Origin: Oscillospiraceae bacterium
Lineage (GTDB): Bacteria; Bacillota; Clostridia; Oscillospirales; Acutalibacteraceae
Reading direction: 5' to 3'
Length of the DNA stretch: 64,000 nt
Assembly: GCA_009777055.1 (NCBI GenBank)
Contig: WRMQ01000001.1
Location: 11,141 to 75,140 of the forward strand
This document shows, piece by piece, positions 34,208 through 42,107 of this stretch. Positions within the stretch are counted from its first letter, which is position 1. The number at the start of each line of letters is the position of its first letter. Position numbers and translations under genes: made by a program. The notes beneath the pieces are model-generated. The model saw only the letters and a list, made by a program, of their open reading frames with translations, made no database searches and had not been told where the DNA came from.

Positions 34208-34270
34208 AATTCTCAATTCTCAATGCTCAATTCTCAATTTTCAATGCTTAATGCTCAATGCTTAATCTCA
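34208..34270. repeat. Degenerate heptanucleotide array (about 9 units, ATTRAGN on the minus strand) between thiI and cinA
   Basis: Minus strand reads aattgag attaagc attgagc attaagc attgaaa attgaga attgagc attgaga attgaga, running directly into GGAAAGGAG (the cinA SD). Confidence 0.85.
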
Positions 34271-34275
34271 ATTAT

Positions 34276-35445
34276 TTATTCGATCCAGTGGCTCTGCGTG
34301 TTTTCGAGCGCTTCCCGGATGAGCTCGTCCGCGTCCAGGGCTGCCTCGGCCTGTTCCACGAAATGGAGCTTGGGCCGGGTCCGCGGATGCCTGGGGGTGA
34401 ACACGGTACAGCAATCCTCAAAAGGCAAAATGGAGATTTCATAGGTGCCGATCTGTCTTGCCAGGCGCACGGTGTCCTCCTTGTCCATGCCGATGAGGGG
34501 GCGGAAGACCGGCAGGCCGGTCGCGGCGTCGGTGCAGACCAGAGCCTGAAGGGTCTGGCTGGCCACCTGGCCAAGCTGCTCCCCCGTGATGAGGGCGTGG
34601 CAATTGTTTTCCCGGGCGATCTGTTCCGCGATGCGCATCATAAAGCGCCGCATGACCAGCGTGAACAGCTCCTCGGGGCACTTTTGCCGGATCTCCTCCT
34701 GGATTTTGGTGAAGCCCACCACGTGCAGCCGCACGCGGCCGCTGTATTTTGCCACCTGGCGCAGGAGCTTATGCACCTTTTCCTCGGCCCGGGCGCTGGT
34801 ATAGGGCGGCGAGGCGAAGTGAACCGCCGTGAGCCGCAGACCGCGCCTTGCCATCATCCAGGCGGCGGCGGGGCTGTCGATTCCCCCGGAGATCAGTACG
34901 GCGGCGTCCCCCGCCGAGCCGGTGGGAAGCCCGCCCGCGCCCTTGACCTGGTCGGCGTGGAGAAAGGCGAATTGCTCGCGCACCTCCACCATGACGGTGA
35001 CCTCGGGCCTATGGACGTCAACGCGCAGATGGGGAAAGCGTTCGAGCAGGTACCCGCCCGCGGTTTCGCAGATCTGCGGGGATTTCAGCGGGAAGGTTTT
35101 ATCGGAGCGTTTGGCCTCAACCTTGAAGGTTTGGGCGTATCGCAGCACCGGGGCTAAGTACTCCGCGCAGCCCTCCAGGATCGCGCGGATGTCCTTGGGA
35201 ACGCGGGCGGCGCGGGCATAGGCGGAGATGCCGAACACCCGGCCGGCTCTTCTGGCGGCCTCCTCCATATCCATGCCCGCCGAAAGCGGAATGGCCTGGA
35301 TGGTGGATTGCGCCAGTATGAACTGCCATTCGCCCAGGGGCCGCAGCCGCCGGCGCAGGGTGCCGATGAGCTGCTGCTCAAAGCCGCTGCGGTTTTGACC
35401 CTTCAAGGCGAGTTCGCCGGATTTGATGAGCAGGACTTCGTTCAT
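34276..35445 (-). CDS. thiI: tRNA 4-thiouridine synthase ThiI
   Basis: MNEVLLIKSGELALKGQNR N-terminus. PP-loop LISGGIDSPAAAWMM. Confidence 0.9.
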   Translation of the reverse strand: MNEVLLIKSGELALKGQNRSGFEQQLIGTLRRRLRPLGEWQFILAQSTIQAIPLSAGMDMEEAARRAGRVFGISAYARAARVPKDIRAILEGCAEYLAPVLRYAQTFKVEAKRSDKTFPLKSPQICETAGGYLLERFPHLRVDVHRPEVTVMVEVREQFAFLHADQVKGAGGLPTGSAGDAAVLISGGIDSPAAAWMMARRGLRLTAVHFASPPYTSARAEEKVHKLLRQVAKYSGRVRLHVVGFTKIQEEIRQKCPEELFTLVMRRFMMRIAEQIARENNCHALITGEQLGQVASQTLQALVCTDAATGLPVFRPLIGMDKEDTVRLARQIGTYEISILPFEDCCTVFTPRHPRTRPKLHFVEQAEAALDADELIREALENTQSHWIE

Positions 35446-35543
35446 ATGCTTTACCTTAATAAAAATAAAAAATAGTGAAAAACAAAAAACAGTGCAAGCG
35501 AATAAAAAAATAAAAAATAGTGCAAGCGAATAAAAACGGGCGC

Positions 35544-36674
35544 TTATTTTCTGGCCAGGGTCAGGCGGGCCTCGTTGAGCGCGTAGAGGAAGGCGTCGAT
35601 CTCCTCCCATGTGGTGAAGCGCGAAAGGCTGATCCGCAGCGCGCCCGCGATATCCGCGTCGCCCAGGCCCATAGCGCGCAGCACGCGGCTCTTTTTCCCC
35701 TTAGCGCAGGCCGATCCCGACGAGACGCAGATCCCGCGCTCCGAAAGGAAATTGAGCATGGTCTCCGATTGGAGCCCGGGTACGGAAAGGTTGGTCAGAT
35801 AGGGCAGGGCGTCGGGCGGGGAGTTGAGCTTTACGCCCTCCATTGAGGCGGCGCCGGCCACGAGGCGGTCCCGCAGGGAGCTGACATAATCCATAATAGC
35901 CATGGGGTTCGGCAGCGCGCGCACGGCGGCGGAAAATCCGGCGATGGCGGGCATGCCCTCTGTGCCGGGCCGCAGGCGGTTTTCCTGCGAGCCTCCGTAG
36001 ACCAGCGGGTTAAGCTTCACGCCCCGGCGCACATAGAGCGCGCCCGCGCCCTTTGGGCCATGAATTTTGTGGGAGCTTACGGTCATGAGATCAACACCGA
36101 GGCGCGCGGGCTGCATAGGCAGCTTGCCAAAGGCCTGCACCGCGTCGCAGTGGATGAGTGCCGGCGCGCGGTGATACTGCACCACGCGGCGGATGACCTC
36201 CACCGGCTGCAGGGAGCCCACCTCGTTGTTCACTGCCATGAGGCTGACGAGAATGGTCTCGGCATTGATGGCCTGCATGAGCTCCTGCTCCGAAACCCGT
36301 CCGCCGCGGTCGACACTGAGATAAACCACCTCAAAGCCGCGTGAGGCGAGCTCCTTCACGCTTTCGGCGATGCTGGAGTGCTCCACGGCCGAGGTCACGA
36401 CCCGGCGGCCGCGCCGCCGCAGGGCGTTGGCCGCGCCGAAGATGGCGAGGTTATTGCTTTCCGTGCCTCCGCTGGTGAAGGTCACCTCGGCGGGCTCGCA
36501 GCCAAACAGCTCCGCCAGCGATTCCCGGCTTTGCGCCAGCAGGCGCTCGGCGTTCAGGCCGGCCCAGTGAAGAGAGGAGGGATTGCCCCAAACCGTGGTG
36601 AGCGCCTCGCGCATGGCCGCGATGGCTTCGGGGCAGGGTGGGGTAGTCGCAGAATTGTCAAGATAGGCTTCCAC
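35544..36674 (-). CDS. iscS: Cysteine desulfurase (NifS/IscS type)
   Basis: PLP lysine motif SSHKIHGPKGAGALY. C-terminal active-site Cys in VSSGSAC. GTG start. Confidence 0.85.
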   Translation of the reverse strand: MEAYLDNSATTPPCPEAIAAMREALTTVWGNPSSLHWAGLNAERLLAQSRESLAELFGCEPAEVTFTSGGTESNNLAIFGAANALRRRGRRVVTSAVEHSSIAESVKELASRGFEVVYLSVDRGGRVSEQELMQAINAETILVSLMAVNNEVGSLQPVEVIRRVVQYHRAPALIHCDAVQAFGKLPMQPARLGVDLMTVSSHKIHGPKGAGALYVRRGVKLNPLVYGGSQENRLRPGTEGMPAIAGFSAAVRALPNPMAIMDYVSSLRDRLVAGAASMEGVKLNSPPDALPYLTNLSVPGLQSETMLNFLSERGICVSSGSACAKGKKSRVLRAMGLGDADIAGALRISLSRFTTWEEIDAFLYALNEARLTLARK

Positions 36675-37152
36675 GATGACGCGACCCCCAAATGCGGCGA
36701 ATCCCCCGCGGGCGAATTCCAGTCAGATGAAATCCGCTCCGCGGGCCGTTCGCGGAATTAATGCTATTGTACATCATGATTCCCTCATTTGTAAAGTACA
36801 TATTGACAGAAAAATGCAAATAATTTTATCGCGCGGAAACGATTACTTAAAATTCCCTTTCTTGGGCGGCGCGATTTCCAGAAACAGGGAGGAAATGGCG
36901 CCGCGAACGCTTGCGCAACAGCGCGGGAAAACATTTATAACGAAAGCAAAGGGCAAAATTCCGGCACTTTTCGGCGCTTTACACCGGCGCTTTGCCTTCG
37001 CGCTGCAGATGGTGAAAGCGAAAAGCCTTCGTTCCAGTATATGCGCGAGCCGCGTTTCGGGCAATGGCGGGTATCGCTATTAGCATGCCCCGAAAGAAAC
37101 CGCCCGCACGGAGCGGACGGCGACTGTGGTATGATTGCGGCGGAAAAGCAAG

Positions 37153-37449
37153 TCAGCCCGGCAGCAGCCTGCCCTGATCGTCCTCTTCGTCCAGCAGCCA
37201 GTTGACGCTGACCTCCAGCACCTGCGCCAGATATTTCAGCTCAATGTCAGACACGAAGCGATATTGCCCCTCCAATTTCGATAAGCCGGAGGCGTTCAGA
37301 TCGACGCCCTTGATCTGCAGCTGCGTGAGCAGATCTTTTTGCTTCATGTGCAGTTCTTTGCGGCGCTGCTCAATGCGCGCGCCAACGATGTTTCGGTTTC
37401 CCAATGCTTGCTGCCTGGTTCTCAATGTCCTTCCCCCTTTTTGCTTCAT
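37153..37449 (-). CDS. XRE-family helix-turn-helix regulator
   Basis: HTH segment MKQKDLLTQLQIKGVDLNASGLSKLEGQYRFVSDIELKYLAQVLEVSVNWLL. Divergent from scfA. Start codon is uncertain (track ORF extends to 37506). Confidence 0.7.
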   Translation of the reverse strand: MKQKGGRTLRTRQQALGNRNIVGARIEQRRKELHMKQKDLLTQLQIKGVDLNASGLSKLEGQYRFVSDIELKYLAQVLEVSVNWLLDEEDDQGRLLPG

Positions 37450-37572
37450 TTGCTTCAACATGCCTATTATAGCAAACTTTCGGTGATTTTGCAAGGGTTT
37501 TTCCAAAAAAATGCAGGATATGGATCCAAAAAATGCAGGCCGCGGAGGCGTATGCTTCTTGCGAACACGCTC

Positions 37573-37601
37573 TTGACATTTTGTCCGGCATGCGCTATAC
37601 T
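37573..37601 (+). promoter_or_regulatory. Sigma-70-type promoter of the scfA operon
   Basis: TTGACA, a 17-nt spacer and TATACT, about 95 nt upstream of the scfA ATG. Confidence 0.6.
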
Positions 37602-37697
37602 ATATATCAAGCGAAGTATCAAGCCAAAAGATCACAGATCATCGTTAGATAAGCTGCAAAACAAAAAGATCAGAAATCAGAAAGGGGAGCACGATAC

Positions 37698-37847
37698 ATG
37701 GAACGGATTATCACCCTCGAAACCCGCGATCTGGCGGCCAGCTGCGCCGGCGGCGGCTGCGGTGAGTGCCAAACCTCCTGCCAGTCGGCCTGCAAAACCT
37801 CCTGCGGCCTGGCCAACCAGTGCTGCGAGCAGACGGAGGAGGCCTAG
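37698..37847 (+). CDS. scfA: SCIFF (six-cysteines-in-forty-five) ribosomal peptide precursor
   Basis: Not in the ORF track (49 aa). RBS GAAAGGGGAG lies 8 nt before the ATG. Product is MERIITLETRDLAASCAGGGCGECQTSCQSACKTSCGLANQCCEQTEEA, which contains the SCIFF core GGCGECQTSCQSACKTSC. Confidence 0.9.
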   Translation: MERIITLETRDLAASCAGGGCGECQTSCQSACKTSCGLANQCCEQTEEA

Positions 37848-37878
37848 GCGTCATCTTAAGCGTCAATCAATGAGAAAA

Positions 37879-37913
37879 ACGGCAAGTGGCAGTATGCACC
37901 GCTTGCCGTTTTT
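37879..37913 (+). terminator. Intra-operon hairpin + T-run (attenuator) between scfA and the radical SAM gene
   Basis: ACGGCAAGTGG ... CCGCTTGCCGT followed by TTTTT. The next gene's ATG is 14 nt downstream. Confidence 0.6.
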
Positions 37914-37926
37914 ATTGGGGGTCCAT

Positions 37927-39045
37927 ATGACCACAGTCAGCGTATTGATCAAGCCTGCCAGCGGCCAGTGCAACCTGCGCTGCCGCTACTGCTTCTATCG
38001 CGACGAAACCGAAAAGCGCGCCGCGGCCAGCTTTGGCGTCATGAGCGAGGAGACGCTGCGGGCTGTGCTGCAAAAGCTCCTCGCGGCGGCGGAGGATAGC
38101 TGCGCCATCGTCTTCCAGGGCGGGGAGCCGACCCTGGCGGGACTGGACTTTTTTCGCAGGGCCGTGTGCCTGGCGGAAGCGCTGAACGTCAACGGCTGCG
38201 AGCTGCGCTTTGCCCTGCAGAGCAACGGCCTGCTCCTGGACGAGGCCTGGTGCGCTTTTCTGGCGGAGCGGAAATTTCTTGTGGGGCTCTCTCTGGACGG
38301 CCCCCGGGCCCTGCATGACCGCAACCGGGTTGACACGAAGGGGCAGGGCAGCTACGCGCGGGCGAGACGGGCCCTGGGGCTGCTGAAAAAGCACGGTGTG
38401 GATGTGAATATCCTGAGCGTGATCACGGCGCAGACCTGCGGCGAGGTCCGGCGGACCAACGCGTTCTTTTCGGAGGCCGGGCTGCGCTGGCGGCAGGGGA
38501 TCCCCTGCCTGGACCCCCTGGGGGAGACGCGGGGCCAAAAGCCCTGGGCACTGACGCCGGAGGCCTATGAGCGCTACCTGAAAACGGCCTTCGACTGCTG
38601 GTACGAGGATGAAACGCGGGGCCGTCCGACCTATCACCGCAGCTTTGAAAATCTGTTGATGCTGCTGGCCGGGCAAGCGCCCGAGGCCTGCGGCATGCTG
38701 GGCGTATGCGGCCCGCAATATGTTGTGGAGGCCGACGGCGGCGTGTATCCCTGCGATTTTTATGTGCTGGACGCGTACCGCCTGGGCAGTCTGGTCACGG
38801 ACAGCCTGGCGCGGATCGATGCCAGACGCGCTGCGCTGGGCTTTATTGAGGAAAGCCCCTGCCGGGATCCGGAATGCCGCGCGTGCCGGTGGCATCCCCT
38901 GTGCCGCGGCGGCTGCAGGCGGGACAGGGACTACTTCGAAGCCGGCCTGGGCCGGAATTATTACTGCCGGGCATACCGCGGCTTCTTCGAATACGCCTAT
39001 GAGCGGCTGGAGGAAATATATCGGAGGAGGCTTGCCCATGCTTGA
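37927..39045 (+). CDS. anSME-type SPASM radical SAM enzyme
   Basis: Starts directly at the cluster motif MTTVSVLIKPASGQCNLRCRYCFY. FQGGEPTLAGL, FLVGLSLDGP, GGVYPCDFYVLD, CRGGCRR and NYYCRAYRGFFEYA match C. perfringens-type anaerobic sulfatase maturases. No ScfB-type N-terminal domain. The track ORF 37339..39045 is an artefactual N-terminal extension. Confidence 0.8.
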   Translation: MTTVSVLIKPASGQCNLRCRYCFYRDETEKRAAASFGVMSEETLRAVLQKLLAAAEDSCAIVFQGGEPTLAGLDFFRRAVCLAEALNVNGCELRFALQSNGLLLDEAWCAFLAERKFLVGLSLDGPRALHDRNRVDTKGQGSYARARRALGLLKKHGVDVNILSVITAQTCGEVRRTNAFFSEAGLRWRQGIPCLDPLGETRGQKPWALTPEAYERYLKTAFDCWYEDETRGRPTYHRSFENLLMLLAGQAPEACGMLGVCGPQYVVEADGGVYPCDFYVLDAYRLGSLVTDSLARIDARRAALGFIEESPCRDPECRACRWHPLCRGGCRRDRDYFEAGLGRNYYCRAYRGFFEYAYERLEEIYRRRLAHA

Positions 39046-39868
39046 TTTTACGCAATCTCTCGTTCCCTCTCTCCTCTTTTTTCTCGTGGGCCTCATTGCC
39101 TCCGCCCTGGGCGCCGTGAGCGGCCTGGGCGGCGGGGTTATCATCAAGCCCGCGCTGGACATCCTGGGCCTGGCGGACGCCGCGGTCTCCAGCCTCTTTT
39201 CTGGCTGCACCGTGCTGGTTATGTGCGTCTACACCACTGTCAATGCGCAATGCGCAGTGCGCAGCGCGCGAGTATCCGGCGAGGCCAGGGAAAAGGGGAT
39301 TGACTGGCGCGTCGTTCTTCCCCTGGCGGGGGGCGCGGTAATTGGCGGCGCGGCGGGAAAATGGCTGTTTCAGCGGCTGGCCGGGGCGCTCTCGGTGCCG
39401 GCGGCGGGGCGCGCGCAGGCGATATGCCTGGCGGCTGTTATGGGCCTCCTGCTGCTGTTTATGCTGTGCAGGAAGCGGATCAAAACGCATGAGATACGGC
39501 ACCCGGCCCTGTGTGTTCCCGTGGGGGCCGTGCTGGGGGCATGCGCGGGCTTTTTAGGCATCGGCGGCGGGCCGCTGAACATGATCGCGCTGCTGTGGCT
39601 GTTTGGCATGGAAACGAAATCCGCCGCGAAGAGCTCTTTGGCGGTGATGATCTTCAGCCAGGGCTCCGCGCTGGCGATGCTGCTGCTCGCCGGGGACCTG
39701 CCGGTTTTTCCGCCCTGGGCCCTGGCGCTGATGCTCCTGGGGGGCTTTTTGGGTGGCGAGACAGGCCGCAGGATACGAAAGAGGCTCAGCAACGCGGCGG
39801 TGGACCACCTGCTGGCGGCCATGATCGCGGTAATCATCATGATCAGTGCGTACAACGCAATGAAGTAA
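39038..39868 (+). CDS. TSUP (TauE/SafE) family membrane permease
   Basis: Polytopic membrane protein with LGGGVIIKPALDILG and FLGIGGGPLNMIAL motifs. The ATG overlaps the radical SAM gene end by 8 nt. Confidence 0.75.
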   Translation: MLDFTQSLVPSLLFFLVGLIASALGAVSGLGGGVIIKPALDILGLADAAVSSLFSGCTVLVMCVYTTVNAQCAVRSARVSGEAREKGIDWRVVLPLAGGAVIGGAAGKWLFQRLAGALSVPAAGRAQAICLAAVMGLLLLFMLCRKRIKTHEIRHPALCVPVGAVLGACAGFLGIGGGPLNMIALLWLFGMETKSAAKSSLAVMIFSQGSALAMLLLAGDLPVFPPWALALMLLGGFLGGETGRRIRKRLSNAAVDHLLAAMIAVIIMISAYNAMK

Positions 39869-40783
39869 TTATTCCAACGCAAAAGCACGTGCGCCGTTCT
39901 TCCAAAAAAACGCCTCGCATATTTCCTCCGGAAGTCCCATTTTCAGAAGCGACTGCCGGAGGTGTTCCATTTTTTCGATTCCCGCCAATGCGGGGTGCAG
40001 CGTGCAGCCGTCAAAGTCGCTGCCCAGGGCGATGCTTTCCGCCGCGCCCAGGGCGATGAGATGGAGGATATGCCCCATGACCTCGCGGGCGGCGCCCTCG
40101 CCCCCCAGGAATTCCGGATAGAGGTTCAGGCCGATGAGCCCGCCGGCGGCCACAATGGCGCGGATCTGGTCGTCCGTCAAATTGCGGGGATGGGGGCACA
40201 GCGCCGCGCAGCTGCTGTGGCTGGCGATGAAGGGTACGCGGGCGTCGGCGCGCCGCTCCTCCCAGAGCCGCGCGACTTCCCAAAACCCCGCTTCGTTGAG
40301 GTGGGACACATCCGGCAAAATACCAAGCTCAAGCATGCGGCGCACGCAGGCCTTCCCGGCGGGGGTGAGGCCCGGGACGGGGCCCTGTGCCGCGCCGTAA
40401 CCCAGCTCGTTGGCGCCGTTCCAGGTGATACCGATGATGCGCAGGCCCTCCTTTGCCATGCGGTCCACCTGGCCGGGGTCGCCCATCAGCGCGCTGCCGT
40501 TTTCCAGCGCAAGAATGGCGTCAAAGCGCTGCCGCCGCTGTTCCGCGCGGTAAAACGCGAGGACCGTATCGAAATAGTCCGCCGCCGCCCGCCCATGCAG
40601 AGTATCCGGCACGAAGATGGCAAAGACCTGCATCCATTGCTGAAGCCGCCGCCCCCGCGCCAGCGAGACGTGGCCGTCATAGTTCTCGAGATGCTGGTTT
40701 TTTCGCAGGCATTCGGTCAGAGTGTCGCAGTGAAGGTCGAACAGCCGCAAATTTTTCACTCCCCGCGAAAAAAGTTCTTGCAT
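39869..40783 (-). CDS. Membrane dipeptidase (peptidase M19)
   Basis: FDLHCDT N-terminal metal site, ALENG, DVSHLN, SDFDG. Confidence 0.8.
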   Translation of the reverse strand: MQELFSRGVKNLRLFDLHCDTLTECLRKNQHLENYDGHVSLARGRRLQQWMQVFAIFVPDTLHGRAAADYFDTVLAFYRAEQRRQRFDAILALENGSALMGDPGQVDRMAKEGLRIIGITWNGANELGYGAAQGPVPGLTPAGKACVRRMLELGILPDVSHLNEAGFWEVARLWEERRADARVPFIASHSSCAALCPHPRNLTDDQIRAIVAAGGLIGLNLYPEFLGGEGAAREVMGHILHLIALGAAESIALGSDFDGCTLHPALAGIEKMEHLRQSLLKMGLPEEICEAFFWKNGARAFALE

Positions 40784-40806
40784 TCCAAAGCGCGCTGTGT
40801 TATACT
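40778..40806 (+). promoter_or_regulatory. Candidate rplS promoter
   Basis: TTGCAT, a 17-nt spacer and TATACT with an upstream TG. Followed by a leader of about 125 nt. Confidence 0.4.
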
Positions 40807-40938
40807 AATCCAGTATTATGCGTTTTGCGCGTACTTCTATGTGTGTTTTTGTTGTCTGTTATTTCTTTTGCCACTTTTGTTCCTCTGTACGGATCACGTG
40901 CATGAACAATCGAATATATTTTTGAAAGGCAAGCCCTT

Positions 40939-41334
40939 ATGAACATCCAAAAAGCGGAACAGCTCATTCAACTGCAGCCCAACAGCGCGTACGCCGACCT
41001 GCTGCGCGTTTCGAAGGACTCCCTCAAGGAAACCCCGCCCGAAATCCAAATCGGCTCCACCGTGCGCGTCCACGTGAAAATCCGCGAGGGCGAGCGGGAG
41101 CGCGTGCAGGTGTTTGAGGGCACCGTCATCGCCCGCAGGGGCTCTGGCATCTCCGAAACCTTCACCGTGCGCCGCCTTTCCTACGGCGTGGGCGTGGAGC
41201 GCGTGTTCCCGCTGCATTCCCCCAACGTGGCGAAGGTGGAAACCGTGCGCCTGGGCAGGGTGCGCCGGGCGAAGCTCTATTATCTCCGCGGCCGCGTGGG
41301 CAAGGCCGCCAAGGTCAAGCAAAAGCTCCGCTGA
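40939..41334 (+). CDS. rplS: 50S ribosomal protein L19
   Basis: [41 protein letters not shown]...[10 protein letters not shown]. Confidence 0.95.
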   Translation: MNIQKAEQLIQLQPNSAYADLLRVSKDSLKETPPEIQIGSTVRVHVKIREGERERVQVFEGTVIARRGSGISETFTVRRLSYGVGVERVFPLHSPNVAKVETVRLGRVRRAKLYYLRGRVGKAAKVKQKLR

Positions 41335-41445
41335 TTAAAAATCAGTAATTTGCGATTATATTTTCCTGGGCTGAATGACTGCCTTTCTAGTGTATTTAGC
41401 TAGGAAGGCGGTTATTTTCTTTGCCGGAACGGCCCTGACAATGTC

Positions 41446-41480
41446 ATTGAGCATTGAGCATTGAGAATTGAGAATTGAAA
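41446..41480 (+). repeat. Heptanucleotide array (ATTGAGN x5) abutting the lepB SD
   Basis: attgagc attgagc attgaga attgaga attgaaa, followed by GAAAGGAGG, 8 nt and TTG. Confidence 0.85.
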
Positions 41481-41497
41481 GAAAGGAGGTTGGGCGC

Positions 41498-42094
41498 TTG
41501 CGGGTTACGAAGGAGCATTGGGTTCCTCTGCGCACGCAAAACGACAGAATTCCTCCGCCGCGGCCCGCGCTGCGCATCGCGTTTGAGGCCGCGTCGTCGC
41601 TTATGGGGGCGCTGCTTCTCGTCTTCGTGCTGTTCAGCTTCCTGTGCCGCCCCATCCGCGTGGATGGAAGCTCCATGCTGCCCAGCCTCACCGACGGCGA
41701 CTGGCTGATTATGACCGCGTTTTGCGTGGAGCCGGAGCGCGGGCGCATCGCCGTGATATCCGAAGACACGGGTCTGCACAAGCCTCTGGTCAAGCGGGTG
41801 ATCGCCCTGCCCGGCGACACGGTGGACATTGATTTTACGCGGGGCGTGGTCTCCGTGAACGGCGTGGAGCTCGACGAGCCCTACACCGCCGGGCCCACGA
41901 CTCGTTCCATGGATGTGAAATTCCCTCTCACGGTGGCGGAGGGCGCCTGCTTCGTGCTGGGCGACAACCGCAACGCCTCCGCCGACAGCCGCAGCTCCAG
42001 CGTCGGCATGGTGGACCTGCGCTGCGTGATCGGGCAGGCGCTGGTCCATATCCCCGTGCAAACTATCAAAGAAAGACTCGGCCTTGCCGGCTGA
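41498..42094 (+). CDS. lepB: Signal peptidase I
   Basis: Catalytic boxes are intact: DGSSMLPSL, VKRVIALPGD, GDNRNASADSR. TTG start after AAAGGAGG. Confidence 0.85.
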   Translation: MRVTKEHWVPLRTQNDRIPPPRPALRIAFEAASSLMGALLLVFVLFSFLCRPIRVDGSSMLPSLTDGDWLIMTAFCVEPERGRIAVISEDTGLHKPLVKRVIALPGDTVDIDFTRGVVSVNGVELDEPYTAGPTTRSMDVKFPLTVAEGACFVLGDNRNASADSRSSSVGMVDLRCVIGQALVHIPVQTIKERLGLAG

Positions 42095-42107
42095 GAAGGT
42101 GGCTCCC

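Noticed and set aside
34191-34223. ATG 34223 as the cinA start (MRIENWKGVTPL...).
   Set aside because: That ATG lies inside the heptamer array with no SD. TTG 34190 has AGGAG at 8 nt and gives the family-typical N-terminus.
36676-37083. 135-aa ORF (and internal MAPRTLAQQ... peptide after GGGAGG) in the iscS-XRE intergenic region; also the antisense 73-aa ORF 36843..37064.
   Set aside because: The SD-to-ATG spacing is only 2 nt and the product is low-complexity and basic with no motif. The region is more likely a non-coding leader or remnant. I could not assign an RNA family by eye.
37339-37926. N-terminal 196 residues of the 568-aa track ORF 37339..39045.
   Set aside because: The extension runs through the XRE gene antisense, the promoter and the scfA gene (in a different frame). 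The enzyme family begins at MTTVSVLIKPASGQCNL, which has its own GGGGG RBS at ATG 37927.
38720-39037. N-terminal extension of the TSUP ORF (track 38720..39868).
   Set aside because: It overlaps the radical SAM gene out of frame. The membrane protein begins at MLDFTQSLVPSLLFF (ATG 39038).
40813-40938. Possible L19 leader (autoregulatory RNA) upstream of rplS.
   Set aside because: The position and length fit, but I could not recognise the conserved helices by eye. A covariance-model search (Rfam L19_leader) is needed before calling it.
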